A stretch of DNA of 64,000 bases from Chthoniobacterales bacterium (GTDB taxonomy: Bacteria > Verrucomicrobiota > Verrucomicrobiia > Chthoniobacterales > UBA10450): contig DATLJP010000052.1 of NCBI GenBank assembly GCA_035538875.1, forward strand, positions 65 through 64,064. The letters run 5' to 3'. The position numbers and the translations under genes were made by a program. Below are positions 49,051 through 57,424 of this stretch, one piece after another. The notes below the pieces were generated by a model. It was given only the letters and a program-made list of their open reading frames with translations. It ran no database searches and was not told the DNA's origin. The number at the start of each line of letters is the position of its first letter. The stretch's first letter is position 1.

Positions 49051-50205
49051 TTAACTGGCGTAATCGGCGATCGCTTTCGCGACTTCAAGCGTGGAGTTTT
49101 TGCCGCCCATGTCGTAAGTGCGCATTTTTCCTTCCTTAATCACGCGGGCGATCGCGTTTTCCAAACGCGCTGCCTTTTCCGCTTCCTTGAGCCAATCAAG
49201 CATCAGCTTTGTCGTTAAAAGCATCGCGATCGGATTGACCTTGTATTGAGCGGCATATTTCGGAGCCGAGCCGTGTGTGGGTTCGAACACGGCGTAGTTG
49301 TCGCCGAGGTTCGCGCTCGGCGCGAATCCGAGTCCACCGACTAAACCCGCGCATAGATCGCTCACGATGTCGCCAAACATATTTTCTGCGACAAGCACTG
49401 AGTAATCCTGCGGGTTCTTGAACATCCACATGCAGATCGCGTCGATGTTCGCGTCGTCGGCGCGGATGTCGGGAAAACTTATAGCAACATCGCGGAAGCA
49501 GCGCATCATCAAGCCGCCGGTCTCGCGGAGCACATTCGGTTTTTCGATCAGTGTGACGCGTTTGCGTCCGGTTTTCCTCGCGAACTCAAACGCTTGTTTG
49601 CAAATGTTAGTGCAACCCTGCACGCTCATGATCCGCGTCGAAAGCGCTATGTTCTCGAGTCCGGCTTTGTCTCTCCATTTCTTCATCTTCGGATTAGCGC
49701 AGAGCGCCGTGTAAACCGACTCCGGCAACGGGAAAAATTCGACGCCCCCGTACATGCCCTCAGTGTTTTCCCGAAACACGACTTGATCGATCAGCACATC
49801 TTCGCCGCTCGGGTTAGTGACTTTGTTGCCGCGAAAATTCAGTGGATTACCTGGATAACTTTTACACGGCCGCATGTTGGTGTGGAGATTGAACAACTGC
49901 CGCAGCCCAACGATCGGCGAAAAATAAACGAGCCCTTTGCCTTTGAGTTCAGGCGCCAATTCTTCCTTCGCTTCGGATTGAGGTTTGCTCGTGATCGCGC
50001 CAAAGAGGCCGCAGGTCGTTTCTTTCAGCACTTTGACCGTGCGGTCGGGCAGCGCGTTGCCTTCCTTGCACCAAAACTCCCAGCCGATGTCGCAGGGCAC
50101 GTATTCAGCGTCGAGTTTGATCTGATCCAAAATGAGGCGCGCAGCCACCATCACGTCATGTCCCACGCCGTCACCTGGCATCCAAGCAATTCGATATTTC
50201 GCCAT
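49051..50205 (-). CDS. isocitrate/isopropylmalate/homoisocitrate-dehydrogenase-family beta-decarboxylating dehydrogenase
   Basis: GDGVGHDV, SPIVGLRQLFNLHTNMRP, FRENTEGMYGG and NMFGDIVSDLCAGLVGGLG motifs. Confidence 0.85.
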   Translation of the reverse strand: MAKYRIAWMPGDGVGHDVMVAARLILDQIKLDAEYVPCDIGWEFWCKEGNALPDRTVKVLKETTCGLFGAITSKPQSEAKEELAPELKGKGLVYFSPIVGLRQLFNLHTNMRPCKSYPGNPLNFRGNKVTNPSGEDVLIDQVVFRENTEGMYGGVEFFPLPESVYTALCANPKMKKWRDKAGLENIALSTRIMSVQGCTNICKQAFEFARKTGRKRVTLIEKPNVLRETGGLMMRCFRDVAISFPDIRADDANIDAICMWMFKNPQDYSVLVAENMFGDIVSDLCAGLVGGLGFAPSANLGDNYAVFEPTHGSAPKYAAQYKVNPIAMLLTTKLMLDWLKEAEKAARLENAIARVIKEGKMRTYDMGGKNSTLEVAKAIADYAS

Positions 50206-50252
50206 AGGATGTCGATGTTATCGGCGTGTGTCGCGCTCGCAAGCGAGTCAGC

Positions 50253-52229
50253 TTACCTTTTCGCGCGAAGAGAGGAAGCAACCAGATTTTCGGCGCCGCC
50301 CGCAACAATCAATTCCTGAGCGGTGGGACTCAGCGGCGGGAAAGCGAATGATTTTTCGCCAACGGTGAGGACGGAACTGGCGTAGTCGATTGTGATTTCC
50401 GGACCAACTGTGGTCGGCGCGCGATTCTTCAACGTATTGCGCAAGTGCGCCACCAAATCCGGACATTCAAAAGCTACGAAGCCGTTGTTGAACGCGTTGC
50501 GTTTGTAGGTCTCGGAGAAACTTGCGGCGATGACGCAGGGAATTCCCTTAAATTTCAACGCCGTTGCCGCCTGTTCGCGGCTCGAACCGCTTCCGAAATT
50601 CAATCCGCCGACTACGACATCGCCTTTTTGATAGAGCGCGTTGAAATTCGGGTCGTAATTTTCAAATGTGACCGCCGCCATTTCCTCTGGGGTCATGTCG
50701 TCGCGATAAGTGTGTTTGCTGCCGTAGATCCCATCTGTGTTCAGATTGTCTTTGTCGATCAAAAGAACACGGCCGTGCACTTTCGGCGGGAAACCCGCGA
50801 TGATTTCCACCGAACTCGCCGACTTCGCTTTCTTTTCGGTGCGACGAACTGCGATGCCCGCGGGGCGCTCGGAAAATGTCTGCGGCGCGCAAATGAATCC
50901 AGCCAACGCGCTCGCCGCGACGACCGCTGGCGAACCCAAATAAACGAGCGCCTCGCGATCGCCCATACGGCCTTTAAAATTTCGGTTTGTAGCGCTGATC
51001 GCAGTTTCGCCTTTTTGAACTAAACCGCGGCCCAGACCGATGCATGCTCCGCAGCCCGGCGGTAATGGAATTGCGCCGGCATCTATTAAAGTTTTCCAAT
51101 CGCCATTCGATTCCGACTTCGCCTGCACTTCGGCGCTGGCCGGCGCCAGATAAAATTCAACGCCGTCGGCAATGTGTCCGCCCCGTGCACGCACAACTTC
51201 GGCGGCGTCGTGTAAATCCTCAAACCGCGCGTTGACGCAGGACAGCAAATAAGCCTTCTGAATCGGGACGTGTTTTCGTTCGATTTCGGGAAGCGAGACG
51301 ATCGTTTTCACTTCGTTAGGCCCGGAAACGTGCGGAACCACACTCGTGAGATCGAGATCGAGTTCGATAGCGTAATCGGCATCTGGATCAGCACTGGTCT
51401 CGCTTTGATTCTTCCACCAAGTGTCGATGTCGATCTTGTTATAACCTGATCGGCTTTTCGGGCCGCGCTTTCCGGGACGGTTCGGATTGGTGAACTCGGG
51501 GACGCGCGACCGAAGGTAATTTACAGTGACTTCATCGAAAGGAAAGACGCCGGCGAGCGCGCCCCACTCAGTCGTCATGTTAGCGATCGTCATGCGCTCG
51601 GACATGGAAAGTGCCAGCACTCCGTCGCCTACGAATTCCACCGCGTGATTGAGCACCTCGTCTTTGTTGAACAAGCCGCACAGCGTGATGATCACGTCTT
51701 TGCCCGTAACGCTGGGTGAAAGTGTTCCTTTGAGCCGGACCTTCGCGACCGACGGGACTTGCCACCAGGTGACTCCGGTTGCCCAAATGCTTGCGGCGTC
51801 GGTGCGCACGACCGGCGTGCCGAGCGCGGCCATCGCGCCGTATAAATTTGAATGCGAATCACTCGCCACCACCAGTGCACCGGGGACCACGTAGCCCTGC
51901 TCGACCATCACCTGGTGGGAAATTCCGGTGCCAGCTGGGTAAAAATCAATGCCGTGTTCGGCGGCGAACGCCGCGATCTTGGCGTACTTCTCGAGATTTT
52001 TTGGCGTCGTGTTTTGAATGTCGTGATCGATCGCGAACACCGGTTGTGCCGGATCGGCGATTTTGGTTGCACCGATCTGTTTGAACTTCGGAATCACCGC
52101 GCCGGTGTTGTCGTGCGTCATCACGTGCCGCGGACGGATCGAAACAAAATCGCCAGCGCGCACCATCGCGCCTTTCGGAAGTCCATCCGCGTGTCGTGCG
52201 GCAATTTTTTCGACCAGCGTCAGGCCCAT
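50253..52229 (-). CDS. aconitase-superfamily hydro-lyase, fused large+small domains, fungal homoaconitase (Lys4/LysF)-like
   Basis: 658 aa. Blocks: RPRHVMTHDN, FAIDHDIQN, GIDFYPAGTGISHQVMVEQG, ASDSHSN, TDAASIWATGVTWWQVP, DVIITLCGLFNKDEVLNHAVEF, Fe-S Cys PPGCGACIGLG, SATNRNFKGRMG. These resemble fungal homoaconitase more than LeuC/LeuD, judged from memory. Confidence 0.75.
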   Translation of the reverse strand: MGLTLVEKIAARHADGLPKGAMVRAGDFVSIRPRHVMTHDNTGAVIPKFKQIGATKIADPAQPVFAIDHDIQNTTPKNLEKYAKIAAFAAEHGIDFYPAGTGISHQVMVEQGYVVPGALVVASDSHSNLYGAMAALGTPVVRTDAASIWATGVTWWQVPSVAKVRLKGTLSPSVTGKDVIITLCGLFNKDEVLNHAVEFVGDGVLALSMSERMTIANMTTEWGALAGVFPFDEVTVNYLRSRVPEFTNPNRPGKRGPKSRSGYNKIDIDTWWKNQSETSADPDADYAIELDLDLTSVVPHVSGPNEVKTIVSLPEIERKHVPIQKAYLLSCVNARFEDLHDAAEVVRARGGHIADGVEFYLAPASAEVQAKSESNGDWKTLIDAGAIPLPPGCGACIGLGRGLVQKGETAISATNRNFKGRMGDREALVYLGSPAVVAASALAGFICAPQTFSERPAGIAVRRTEKKAKSASSVEIIAGFPPKVHGRVLLIDKDNLNTDGIYGSKHTYRDDMTPEEMAAVTFENYDPNFNALYQKGDVVVGGLNFGSGSSREQAATALKFKGIPCVIAASFSETYKRNAFNNGFVAFECPDLVAHLRNTLKNRAPTTVGPEITIDYASSVLTVGEKSFAFPPLSPTAQELIVAGGAENLVASSLRAKR

Positions 52230-52246
52230 GGCGATTTTGTCAAAGA

Positions 52247-52849
52247 TTACTTCTTGCCCACGCGCTTGCCAAGGAGCTTGGCGATGTCGAAGTCCACAAA
52301 ATCAGCGTGATGAAAGATGATCGACTCGATTGAGCGCTCCACTTTGTCTCCTTCGTGGCTGTGCGTCGCGATCACATGCATGACTTCGGCGGGAATTCCG
52401 TGTTTGTAGGCCAGCGCGACGCCGCTGAACGGGTGCCGCAGGCGTTGTCCAAATTTCCCCTGGACCACTTTGCCTGACGTGTCCTTGTCGTACTCAAGCG
52501 GTTTGCCGACATCGGCCAGGAGCGCTCCGGCGATGAGATGATCGCGTTGGATCGGAATGCTGCATCGAAACGATCTCCTAAGCACGTCGGCGATGGCGAT
52601 ACATTGCCGCGCGCAGGAATTCAAGTGCTCCACGAACGTCATCTCGATATCGCCAGCTAGCAGCGTGAACTTCACCGCGCGCAATTCGGCAAAGGTCCAG
52701 CCCTTTTTGCCGCAACCGGTACTGATCGCTTCGCTCCACACTGCCGCCACTTTTTCGCGCAATGACTTCTGTTTGATCTTCATCAAGCTAGGAAACAGCT
52801 TTGCGATTTCTTTAACGCCGTAGGTTTTTTGCTGGGTCGTTGTTGTCAT
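52247..52849 (-). CDS. HD-superfamily-like protein with variant dyad (AD instead of HD)
   Basis: His/Asp pattern FVEH...LLADVGK...RHPF...THSHEG...FHHADFVD. 200 aa. Confidence 0.5.
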   Translation of the reverse strand: MTTTTQQKTYGVKEIAKLFPSLMKIKQKSLREKVAAVWSEAISTGCGKKGWTFAELRAVKFTLLAGDIEMTFVEHLNSCARQCIAIADVLRRSFRCSIPIQRDHLIAGALLADVGKPLEYDKDTSGKVVQGKFGQRLRHPFSGVALAYKHGIPAEVMHVIATHSHEGDKVERSIESIIFHHADFVDFDIAKLLGKRVGKK

Positions 52850-52865
52850 GATTGTCGATCTTTGT

Positions 52866-54578
52866 TTAGGATGAAATTCTTCTCGGCGGCGGTCCGTCGT
52901 AGCCGTGTTTGACCGGGTCGATTCGCCTCATTGGCTTTTCGCGAGTCTGTTCTTCGATCACGTGCGCAATGAGTCCGGGCGCGCGCGCGATCATGAAAAT
53001 ACCGTTGAAGGCCACCGGATTCATTCCGAGATCGGCCAGAATTGCCCCGATCGCGCCGTCGACATTGATCGGCAACGCTTGCTTGGCATCGGCGAATGAT
53101 TTTTCAACTGCGCGCGCCGCTTTCATGTGCATGCCGTCCACGCCCGCTTCGCGGGCGAGCTCGAACAATCGCACTGTGCGTGGATCTTTGGTGTGAACGC
53201 GATGCCCAAAACCCGACATCCGTTCGCCAGTTTCGCGCATCGCGGCAAGCGTGCGGGTCGCGGCTTCGTCGATTGAAATGGATTCCCGCGTAGAACGATC
53301 AGCGATTACTTTCAGTTGGCGCGCGCAATCTTCGATCGCACCGCCGTGATACCGATTGATCGACATAATGCCGGCGGCGACGGCTGCGCTTAAAGACGCA
53401 CCGGTTGAAGCGACCGTTCGCGCGGCCAAAGCGCTCGGCGGCGTCGCCCCGTGATCGATCGACGAAACGAGAATCGCGTCCATCAACCGGGCGACCTCTG
53501 GCTTCGGCAACTCGCCAGTCAAAATCAAATATGCCGCCGCGCCGAACGAAACGCGTCCCATCAGTTCGGCGATGTCATAGCCGCGCACGGCAACGCGATT
53601 CGGCTCAACGCGCGTGACTGCCGTGTTCCAGACTGCGTTCTTGTCGGTTTCACTCATCAGACTTTCTCCTTTCATTCGTTTCAAAATTTCAACGACCGCA
53701 GCCGGCAGTTCGCCGAAAGCATCGACCACGGTGGCACCGGCTTCACGCAAAGCTTTCACTTTTCCGGGCTGCGTGCCATGACCGCCTTCAATGATTGCGC
53801 CGGCATGGCTGAAGCGCGTGCCTTCGCGCGCCGCCTTTCCGCCGATATATGCAATCACCGGCTTGGTCACCTTTCGATTCCGAATCAACTGGGCGAGTTC
53901 TTCCTCCTGTGACGAACCGATTTCGCCAAAGATCACGATCGCTTCGGTAAGCGGATCTGCTTCAAACATGAGCGCCGCATCGGGAATGCGAATTCCGAGG
54001 ACCGCGTCGCCGCCAATGTGGACGATTGTCGAAATGCGCACGCCCGCTTGTCCTAAATAATAGCCGGTGCTTGACGCCATCCCGCCCGAACGGCTAATCA
54101 CGCCGACGCCTTTCGGAATTCCGGGTTTAAACCATTGCCGCGCACTCTCGGCCCGACCACCGATCATTCCGACGACGGCTTTGCCCGGACTCAAAACGCC
54201 GAGTGTATTCGGACCAAGAAACGTTGCGCCGTTGGCTTTGGCTGCGGCGGCAATTTCCATGGCGTCCCAAACCGGAACGCGATCCGGCACGAGCACGGTA
54301 AGTTTGATTCCGGCTTCAATCGCTGAGATGGCAGCATCTTTCGCACCTACTGCGGGCACGAAGAGGACAGAAATGTCGATCTTGTGCAAGGAATTGGCCG
54401 CATCCCGTGGCGTGTTGAATACGGGAACGCCAAGCACGTTCTCGCCGCCTTTCCCGGGCGTTACACCGGCGACCACGTTTGTTCCGTATTCGCGCATCAA
54501 TCGCGTCCGTGCGCGGCCTTCGCGTCCCGTGATTCCCTGCACTAGGACGCGTTTCGTTTCGTCGACCAAGATCGCCAT
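52866..54578 (-). CDS. ATP-citrate-lyase alpha-like subunit: SucD-like CoA-ligase domain fused to citrate-synthase-fold (citryl-CoA-lyase-like) domain
   Basis: The N-terminal half has VQGITGREG, GPNTLG, SRSGGM and the phospho-His loop FSHAGAIIEG. The C-terminal half has IDHGATPPS, NRYHGGA and the citrate-synthase signature GFGHRVHTKDPR. Confidence 0.8.
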   Translation of the reverse strand: MAILVDETKRVLVQGITGREGRARTRLMREYGTNVVAGVTPGKGGENVLGVPVFNTPRDAANSLHKIDISVLFVPAVGAKDAAISAIEAGIKLTVLVPDRVPVWDAMEIAAAAKANGATFLGPNTLGVLSPGKAVVGMIGGRAESARQWFKPGIPKGVGVISRSGGMASSTGYYLGQAGVRISTIVHIGGDAVLGIRIPDAALMFEADPLTEAIVIFGEIGSSQEEELAQLIRNRKVTKPVIAYIGGKAAREGTRFSHAGAIIEGGHGTQPGKVKALREAGATVVDAFGELPAAVVEILKRMKGESLMSETDKNAVWNTAVTRVEPNRVAVRGYDIAELMGRVSFGAAAYLILTGELPKPEVARLMDAILVSSIDHGATPPSALAARTVASTGASLSAAVAAGIMSINRYHGGAIEDCARQLKVIADRSTRESISIDEAATRTLAAMRETGERMSGFGHRVHTKDPRTVRLFELAREAGVDGMHMKAARAVEKSFADAKQALPINVDGAIGAILADLGMNPVAFNGIFMIARAPGLIAHVIEEQTREKPMRRIDPVKHGYDGPPPRRISS

Positions 54579-56114
54579 CTAGCGCGCGCCCCCGATCAGT
54601 TCGTCCAGTCCCGGGACATCAAGCTGCAAATAAAATCCTTCGATCTCGGCGAGCCGACATTCAATCTCGCACGCGACAAGCTCGGAATCTTTGTTCGCGA
54701 ATTCTTCGCTCGGCAATCCTATTGCCGGTTTGCCTTCGCGATCAACCACTAGACCGCCGGAATGACTTTCAACTGCCGTGCGAATCTGCGGCCATTTCGG
54801 ATTGTCGATCCAAACGCGGCCGCCTTTCACTTCAAACTTCGTGACCGAATTACTCTCGATAAACTTCGGTGCACGCGGACTCCGCGGTTTCCAGCTTTTG
54901 CCTTTTGCTTCTGCAACCAGCTCGGCGAACCGATTTGCGATCGTCGCGGGCGCGTCGGTTTTGCGATAGCCTTCAATCCGCGCACCAAGCAGTTTGGACA
55001 TTCGCGCTAGAATTTCAACAGCGCGATCCTCGGTGTTGCCGCCGAGACGAATAACCGCTGGAATATCGAGATCGAGTTCCCAAAATGCTTTGGCCAATCC
55101 ATAAGCGGACCAATATTGCTCCTGACTCGCGACGCCGGAGCCCGATCCGAAATAACCAACGAGATCCGGTTGCGCCAAAATAATCCGAGCCGCGCGATAA
55201 ACTTTGGACGCGGATGGGTTACCGCTCGTGTCGGTGAAATTGGCGATCGTAAACCCGGCGTTGACGATCGCGTCCATCGACATCATCGATCCGCCGCCGC
55301 CCGCGCCATGAAAGCCCGCAAGACCCTTCGAATCTTTAGCGGCAGCGGTCGCCAACTGAGCGAAATAAAATGTTCCGCGGTGATCGCTTTGTTCCACGGC
55401 GTAAGCGATGCGTTCGAGAGCTGTAGGCGGATGATCAAACTCGCGCGCAATCTCAATTTTCAATTCGGGATGCTGCGCGACGGCGTAATCATCAATCGTG
55501 ATGCGGCAATCCGCGGCAACAAATTCACCACTCTTCGTCAGAACGAGCGGATTAATTTCGAGTGACCGCGCTTCGGTGCTGCGCGCGGCAGCAAATAATT
55601 TCCGAACCGAATCGGCGAGTTGCTTCGCTTGTTCTTTTCTAAGTCCGCATGAATCAACCGCTTCGTTCAGCGCCGAATCAAGCGGTCCGGTTTTTACATC
55701 GCAAGCGATCCGGTGCGCTGATGCGGCGCGCTCTTCGACTCCGGTTCCGCCGCCGGCCGCAAAAATGATTACCGGCGCGCGGGCCGCGTCATCGATCGCA
55801 AGCGACAGAAAAAATTCCTGTTCGATGTTGATCTTTTCTTCAACCAGCACGGCTTCCACCGGAAATTCTCCGACTTTCATCGCCAGCATGCGTTTCGCGT
55901 GACTGCGCACCTCATCCGCCTTTTTCGCGAACGCGACTCCGCCGATGCCGGCCCGGCCAGTCGTCCACGCTTGAATCTTGATCACGACTTCGCCGCCAAG
56001 GGCTTTGGCCGCAGCCACCGCATCATCAGGAGTTAAAGCAGCGCGACCACGTGGAATTGTGAATCCATTCGCGGCCAAGATCGCTTTGCCTTGATACTCG
56101 TGAAGTCGGGCCAT
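54579..56114 (-). CDS. ATP-citrate-lyase beta-like / citryl-CoA-synthetase large-subunit-like ATP-grasp protein with ~95-aa extra C-terminal domain
   Basis: The SucC-like N-terminus MARLHEYQGKAILAANG precedes an ATP-grasp core. An ACL/CCS-type block FYFAQL...GFHGAGGGGSMMSMDAI is present. The stop abuts the start of the alpha-like gene. Confidence 0.75.
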   Translation of the reverse strand: MARLHEYQGKAILAANGFTIPRGRAALTPDDAVAAAKALGGEVVIKIQAWTTGRAGIGGVAFAKKADEVRSHAKRMLAMKVGEFPVEAVLVEEKINIEQEFFLSLAIDDAARAPVIIFAAGGGTGVEERAASAHRIACDVKTGPLDSALNEAVDSCGLRKEQAKQLADSVRKLFAAARSTEARSLEINPLVLTKSGEFVAADCRITIDDYAVAQHPELKIEIAREFDHPPTALERIAYAVEQSDHRGTFYFAQLATAAAKDSKGLAGFHGAGGGGSMMSMDAIVNAGFTIANFTDTSGNPSASKVYRAARIILAQPDLVGYFGSGSGVASQEQYWSAYGLAKAFWELDLDIPAVIRLGGNTEDRAVEILARMSKLLGARIEGYRKTDAPATIANRFAELVAEAKGKSWKPRSPRAPKFIESNSVTKFEVKGGRVWIDNPKWPQIRTAVESHSGGLVVDREGKPAIGLPSEEFANKDSELVACEIECRLAEIEGFYLQLDVPGLDELIGGAR

Positions 56115-56219
56115 GGATGGGTGCTATTCCATTATCCTGGCCAATTTTCAAAACTGTTTCAGCATTCCAAAAAGATATGGCGCTGTTGAAAAGCTTTGGG
56201 CTTTAATCAGCCGCTGGCA

Positions 56220-57383
56220 ATGACTTCGCTCGATTATTACGGCATCGAAGAACTGCTCACGGACAACGAACGGGCAGCGCGTGAGCGGGCGCGGCGTTTT
56301 GTGCAAGAGCAAGCGATGTCGGAAATCGTGCCTTGTCATCGCGCGGCCAAGTTTCCAGAAAAGCTCATCCCGCAAATGGGCGAGTTGGGTTTTTTTGCGC
56401 CGTATTTGAAAGAGTACGGTTGCGCGGGCGTGAGTTACACGGCGTTCGGGCTCATGATGCAGGAGCTTGAACGAGGCGACTCCGGGCTGCGTTCGCTCGC
56501 GTCGGTCCAGGGTGCACTTGCCATTCACGCAATTCATTCCTTCGGAACGCCCGAACAACAAACGCGTTGGCTTCCCGGATTGGTCTCAGGCAAACGCATC
56601 GGTTGTTTCGCGCTAACCGAGCACGGACACGGCTCAGATCCCGCCGGAATGGAAACGCGCGCGACCCGAGACGGCGATCATTATGTCTTGAATGGCAGCA
56701 AATGTTGGATTGGAAACGCGTCGATCGCCGACGTGAAAGTTGTTTGGGCGAAAGACGACGATCGAAAGGTCGGAGGATTCATTGTCGAGAAAGATGCGCC
56801 CGGATTTCGCGCGCAGGACATTGAAGGAAAATTCAGTCTGCGCATGTCGCGAACATCGGAGTGCTGGTTCGAAAATTGTCGCATTCCGATCGGAAACCGT
56901 TTGCCGAACGCGAAGGGCCTGCGCGCGCCGCTATCGTGTTTATCGCAGGCGCGCGTGAGCATAACCTGGGGAGTGATCGGCGCGGCGATCGATTGCTACG
57001 AGACGGCGCTCGCCTATGCAAAGTCGAGAAAGCAATTTGATCGGCCAATCGCCGGTTTCCAACTGGTGCAGGAAAAACTGGTTTGGATGGTGCAGGAAAT
57101 CACCAAGGCTCAATTGCTCGCCTTGCGCCTCACTCGCATGATGGAAGCAGGCACGGCGCGTCCCGAACAAATTTCCCTGGCCAAACGCAACAACGCCTGG
57201 ATGGCGCTCGAATGTGCGCGGAGGGCACGGGACGTTTTGGGTGCGGTCGGCATCACGGATCGCTATTCGGTCATTCGGCATTTGCTGAACCTTGAAACAG
57301 TCTGCACTTACGAAGGCACGCACGATATTCACATGCTGGTCGTTGGCCGCGACATCACCGGGATCAGTGGCTTTGGCGGCTGA
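56220..57383 (+). CDS. gcdH: glutaryl-CoA dehydrogenase
   Basis: ALTEHGHGSDPAGMETRA and TYEGTHDIHMLVVGRDITG blocks are typical of GCDH. The start is ATG 56220; the ORF track uses TTG 56196. Confidence 0.8.
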   Translation: MTSLDYYGIEELLTDNERAARERARRFVQEQAMSEIVPCHRAAKFPEKLIPQMGELGFFAPYLKEYGCAGVSYTAFGLMMQELERGDSGLRSLASVQGALAIHAIHSFGTPEQQTRWLPGLVSGKRIGCFALTEHGHGSDPAGMETRATRDGDHYVLNGSKCWIGNASIADVKVVWAKDDDRKVGGFIVEKDAPGFRAQDIEGKFSLRMSRTSECWFENCRIPIGNRLPNAKGLRAPLSCLSQARVSITWGVIGAAIDCYETALAYAKSRKQFDRPIAGFQLVQEKLVWMVQEITKAQLLALRLTRMMEAGTARPEQISLAKRNNAWMALECARRARDVLGAVGITDRYSVIRHLLNLETVCTYEGTHDIHMLVVGRDITGISGFGG

Positions 57384-57424
57384 GTCGCGTATGACAGCGC
57401 GCCGAGATTGGCTAAGCTAATTGC

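Noticed and set aside
47598-56114. Reading the ACL-like operon as a plain reductive-TCA module (citrate-specific ACL + aconitase + ICDH)
   Set aside because: This is kept only as the alternative hypothesis. I do not favour it for four reasons. A separate canonical acnA exists. The aconitase-like protein resembles Lys4-type homoaconitase. A PrpD-family partner is present. The operon is flanked by lat-pcd and gcdH. Sequence reading alone cannot exclude it.
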